Shown: piece after piece, positions 60,130-64,000 of the stretch
Numbering within the stretch: position 1 is the first letter of the stretch
Layout: each line of letters begins with the position of its first letter
Assembly: GCA_013265495.1 (NCBI GenBank)
Contig: MU058718.1
Coordinates: 1,674,001 to 1,738,000 of the forward strand
From: Vicugna vicugna
Taxonomy: Eukaryota
Direction: 5' to 3'
Length of the DNA: 64,000 nucleotides
Program-made: the position numbers and the translations under genes
The notes under the pieces: generated by a model
Seen by the model: the letters and a program-made list of their open reading frames with translations, nothing else
What the model was told of the DNA's origin: nothing
Databases searched by the model: none

Positions 60130-62700
60130 AGAGCTCCACAAAACCCTGTCATCCTTCTCCATCCCTCCACCTCAATGCTCAGATCCTCACTATCATGCTC
60201 TGCTTTGAGGAGGACCAATGCCATCATTTTCAAGATCCCTGTTTATGTCAGTCACCACCTGAAGCCCAAGATCATCTCCCATCACCCTCATCTCCACACA
60301 GTTCTGTACATTCCTTAAATGAATTCCATTTCTGATACTTCTCCAATTTTCAAAAAACCTTCAGCTCTGCCCTCTGGAACTTAATTCACCATCAACTAAG
60401 CCACTTGTAAATACAACCTCTTCTCTGAATAATCCCTTCACCTTGTTGCTCTAATTGAAATTGGCTTTTTTCCTGAGGACACATTTTTTTCCCTTCAACT
60501 CTCTCAGGTGGTGGCTGTTTCCTTTCCCACAGTCTGTACCTGGGTCAGGAATATGAATAAAATGCTAACTATACTGGAGTCTAATGGTCTAGATCTATAC
60601 TGCTTGCTCCTCAGTGCCACTTCCATAATGCTGTCTTTACTTTCTTCCTAAAAAAAAAAAAATCTCATCTTGAAAACTATGTCCTCAGACTCCACTACTT
60701 TCTCTTCCTCATTGTTGTAGCCATCTACATACCCCTGGACCACCCCTCACATGCCTTGGTCATTATTGGTACCTGTCACTATCACTTTCTCCTATACTAT
60801 TCCTGACATATTTTGCCAATTCAATATACATGTTGATAATTCTTCTAATCTCTAGCATTTCAATTCCTTAGCTTCCACTTCCCAAACTTATCCTCCATAC
60901 TGCCTTAGTGACACACTCTCATAGACATACCCTAGACCATGTTTTTATCCATAACTACATTGCTTTACTCTCCTCTTACTTAGCTTAGCTGCCATGGACC
61001 ATCATTATAATCACTCCCTGTCATACACCCTCAAGCGTTTTGTCTTTGTCTGTCTGTCTCTCTGTCTGTCTGCCTGTCTTTCCATCCATCACATTCCCCT
61101 AGTGTCTTAGTCAGGGTTCTCCAGACAAACCAATAGGCTATATAGAGAGATATATTTAAGTGGAGATTCATTATAGGAATTGGCTTATGCAGTTATGGGA
61201 GGCCAATAAATCTTATGATTTTCCATCTCCAAGTTGGAGAGCCATGAAAGCCGGTGGGATGATTCAATCCAAGTCCAAAGTCCTAAGAATTAGGAGGCTG
61301 ATGGTATCATTCCCCACCTGAGTCCAAAAGCCCAAGAATTAGGAGCACTGATATCTGAGGGCAGAAGAAGATGGATCTCTCAGCTCAAGCAGAGAGAGAG
61401 AGAGAGAGGGAGAATTAGCCCTTCCTCTGCCTTTGTTCTTCTCAGACCCTCGAAGTATTTGATGATGCCTTCCTACATTGGGGTTCACCAGTTCATATGC
61501 TAGTCTATTCTGCTAGCATCCTCACAGACAACCCAGAAATAATGTTTTACCAGCTATTTGTTTATCTCTTAGCCCAGTCAAGTTGACACATACAATTAAC
61601 ATCACACCTAGTAAAATCCAACTGTGAGTATATCTAACTCTTCACCTCCTTTGTACCTGTAGCTGAGTGTGGGTGGAGAAGAGCACATAAATAGGTTGAC
61701 TAGTCTCATGTAAAATTTTGATACCTAACCTCAAGTAGGTCATTAGTGCTCCCAGGCAACCCGACTGTATTTTCCACCTCCAGTGGTCACATCTCCTCTT
61801 ACCTTAAATTCCTTGCCTGGTGTTCATGACCTGGCAACCTAGTTCAGTGAGAAACTTTACTTTCTTCCTAAAAAAAAAAAAAATCTCATGTACTGTGAGC
61901 ACATCTATATGATTTCCCCACCACATATCCCCATTGCTGTACTCTGACTTTCCTCCTGTTTCTGTGGGTGGATTACACATGCTCTTAGTTAGCTAACCCA
62001 TAGCTCCCAGCTAAGGTCACCAGGTCAGATCCCCCTCTCACCTACTCAAGAACATCACACAAGGAAATGTCCCCGCTCACTCCTAAATGATCAAATGCTT
62101 CCTTATTACTGGATGATCCCCATAAATATGCCATAAAATGTATCCCATTTTAAAAAGAAAAAAATTGGCCCCACTGACCTCTCTAGTCACCATCCCATTT
62201 CTGTGCTCTCCTTTCCATGAAAATTTCTTGAAGAAGTTGTCTATACTTAGTTTCCGCCTTCTGTCCTATCATTCTCTCTTCAAATCACTCCAGACAAAAG
62301 TCTGTCCCCATTATTGCACTGCAACTGCCTTTGTCAGGGTTGTTGGTGATCGCAGGTCTAATGGTCAATTCTCAGACCTCATTTTATTCAACTTCACAAC
62401 ATTTGATCCACTGATCTCTAGCTACTTTCTCCTCTTGGTTTCTAAGACACCAGTCTCTGTTGGTTCTCTTCCTGCCTCACTGACAGCTGTGTATCAGTTT
62501 CCATTGTTGGAAACTTCCTCTCTTTGATCTCTAGGTGTTAGAATTCCCCAGACTCAGCCTTGGACCTCTCTTCTTCTCTGTTTACACTCATCCCTAATGA
62601 CCTCACACAGTTCCATAACCTTCTGTTACATATACATTGACAATTCCCACATTTTCCCTCAATCTATGGCTTTTACCTTGAGTTCCTAGCTCACACAAGA
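60130..62700 (+). mobile_element. Long L2 ORF2 remnant, interrupted by MLT2
   Basis: CTGCCCTCTGGAAC...TTGCTCTAATTGAAATTGGC; ATCCACTGATCTC...; CTCTCTTCAAATCACTCCAG...AATGGTCAATTCTCAG; ORF 62138-62527 is L2 reverse-transcriptase-like. Confidence 0.8.
61103..61606 (-). mobile_element. MLT2B-like ERVL solo LTR
   Basis: TGTCTTAGTCAGGGTTCTCCAGA...CCCAGTCAAGTTGACACATACAATTAACATCACA; perfect TSD CCTAG (61098-61102, 61607-61611). Confidence 0.9.
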
Positions 62701-64000
62701 TCATGTAAGATCCTAGAGGACACCCTTAACCCACAGGGAATGAGTTGAAACTAGAGGCAAAACCGTGGGCAAGAGGTGGAACATGGCCATCAGAGTTCCA
62801 GTAACTGGAAGACTTCACATATTCCTTTAAGAAAATACATTATAACATAAATTATTTAACATTTAGCAATTATTAGATCTATAACTTTGAAATATGAAAT
62901 TATTTATATGATATATAGAAAAAAGGAAGACCAGTACAGATACAAAATCTGATGGAAAAGATTCTGAAATAGTCAGACCTACTTAGATAGTTTTATTGTC
63001 CTACCTAATTTTGAACCATTTAGCTGACATCAAAAGATAAGGAGTCTTCTGAGCAATTAAAATGAAATTAGTTTGCCTGGACAAATGTCATATAAAAAAG
63101 CAAAGAATTAGGGGAAAAGGTAGATTTTTCAAAGCAGTCACCTTCTAATTGATATGAAAAGGTAACAAATAGAACCAAGTAATAATATAGATCTTCTTAT
63201 GATGAACAATAATAACTTCCAAAATGATATATACAAAGTACATCTGTGATTAGTTGTCCACAGTTAAGAAGAAAGAAGATTTTAAGAGAATGGTTAAATT
63301 AAAGGAGTATTAAAGCTGAAATATATTAGGTAACCAGAGCCTCATAGACACCAGAGATCAATGGAGGAATGAGAGGGAAACAGACCTGAGTAGAATACAG
63401 TTTGTCTTGCAAGAGAATGGAGATAAGTGTGGGATAACCTCCCACATCCTATTTGCTGACTGGCTTGTTCATCTGCAGCAAGTATGACAACATGATTTCA
63501 CAAGTGCCATCCCTGTCCTGTGTTAGCCAGAGGAGAATATTCTGATTAGCTCCTGCAAGAAACCGAGGATATATTTACACTACCTCCAGTTGAGTGAGCC
63601 TGGAACTAATTCCCGTCAGAACTGAAAGAAATAGTATTAGAGGTTGCAGACTGTGAGGGAATGCTAACGACTGAAACTATAAAGAGATACAGCAGAACTG
63701 AGAACTGTTGGGTACTTAGCCTTTTTTTTTTTTTTTTTTGAGTCCTTCAAATGATACCTGAAATGTTTTGCTTCTTGGAATGGCAAAGTAGACCATTTTA
63801 AAACCAACTCTCTTGCAAAGAACAAGTGGGAAGGTTGGATGAATTTTTTTCTTAGAATCTACTGAAACGAACTGGAAATCTCTCTAGTTGAAGAAGATTA
63901 TAAAATCAAAATCCAGAAGAGGATGGAAGCCAAGAGAGGATAGTGTAGCATTTGAAGATGCTTTTCCAAATTTTCTAATTCCCAAAACAGCATCTGAAAG

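Noticed and set aside
59998..60318. 106-aa ORF
   Set aside because: Chance read-through from an L1 ORF2 remnant into the adjacent L2-like sequence.
62138..62527. 129-aa ORF as a gene
   Set aside because: Decayed L2 ORF2 with frameshifts.
63765..64000. Possible old L1M 5' region
   Set aside because: Resemblance too weak to call without a consensus search, and it is cut by the window edge.
1..64000. CRISPR array, operon or other prokaryotic-type system
   Set aside because: The sequence is mammalian; there are no regularly spaced repeat-spacer units or gene-dense ORF clusters.

Overview
Mammalian genomic DNA, most likely a camelid (Camelus/Lama/Vicugna). That call rests on two tRNA-derived SINEs of the camelid type (13138-13306, 48578-48677) and young L1 3' tails, recognised by eye rather than by database search. 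The window looks intergenic or deep-intronic: I could not support any protein-coding exon. The longer ORFs in the track are L1, L2 or hAT-transposase remnants, antisense L1 read-throughs, or chance ORFs. A large part of the window is transposon-derived (L1 of several ages, L2, L3/CR1, MIR, MaLR/ERVL/ERV1 solo LTRs, MER5/MER20/Cheshire hAT and Tigger1 DNA transposons), often nested and with readable target-site duplications (TSDs). Subfamily names and the edges of old elements are approximate. The non-repeat DNA holds a small CpG island at about 19.8-20.2 kb, a strong CTCF motif at 54.46 kb with a weaker convergent partner at 39.16 kb, several enhancer-like motif clusters and a well-formed candidate non-coding exon (8966-9081). 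The most unusual observations are rearrangement scars: a 45-bp L1 5'-end stub between CpG-decayed TSDs, a 35-bp templated copy inside an ancient L2, an apparently empty 20-bp TSD at an L1 endonuclease site, and a 70-bp L1 tail with a perfect 17-bp TSD. I found no convincing new multi-gene biological system.
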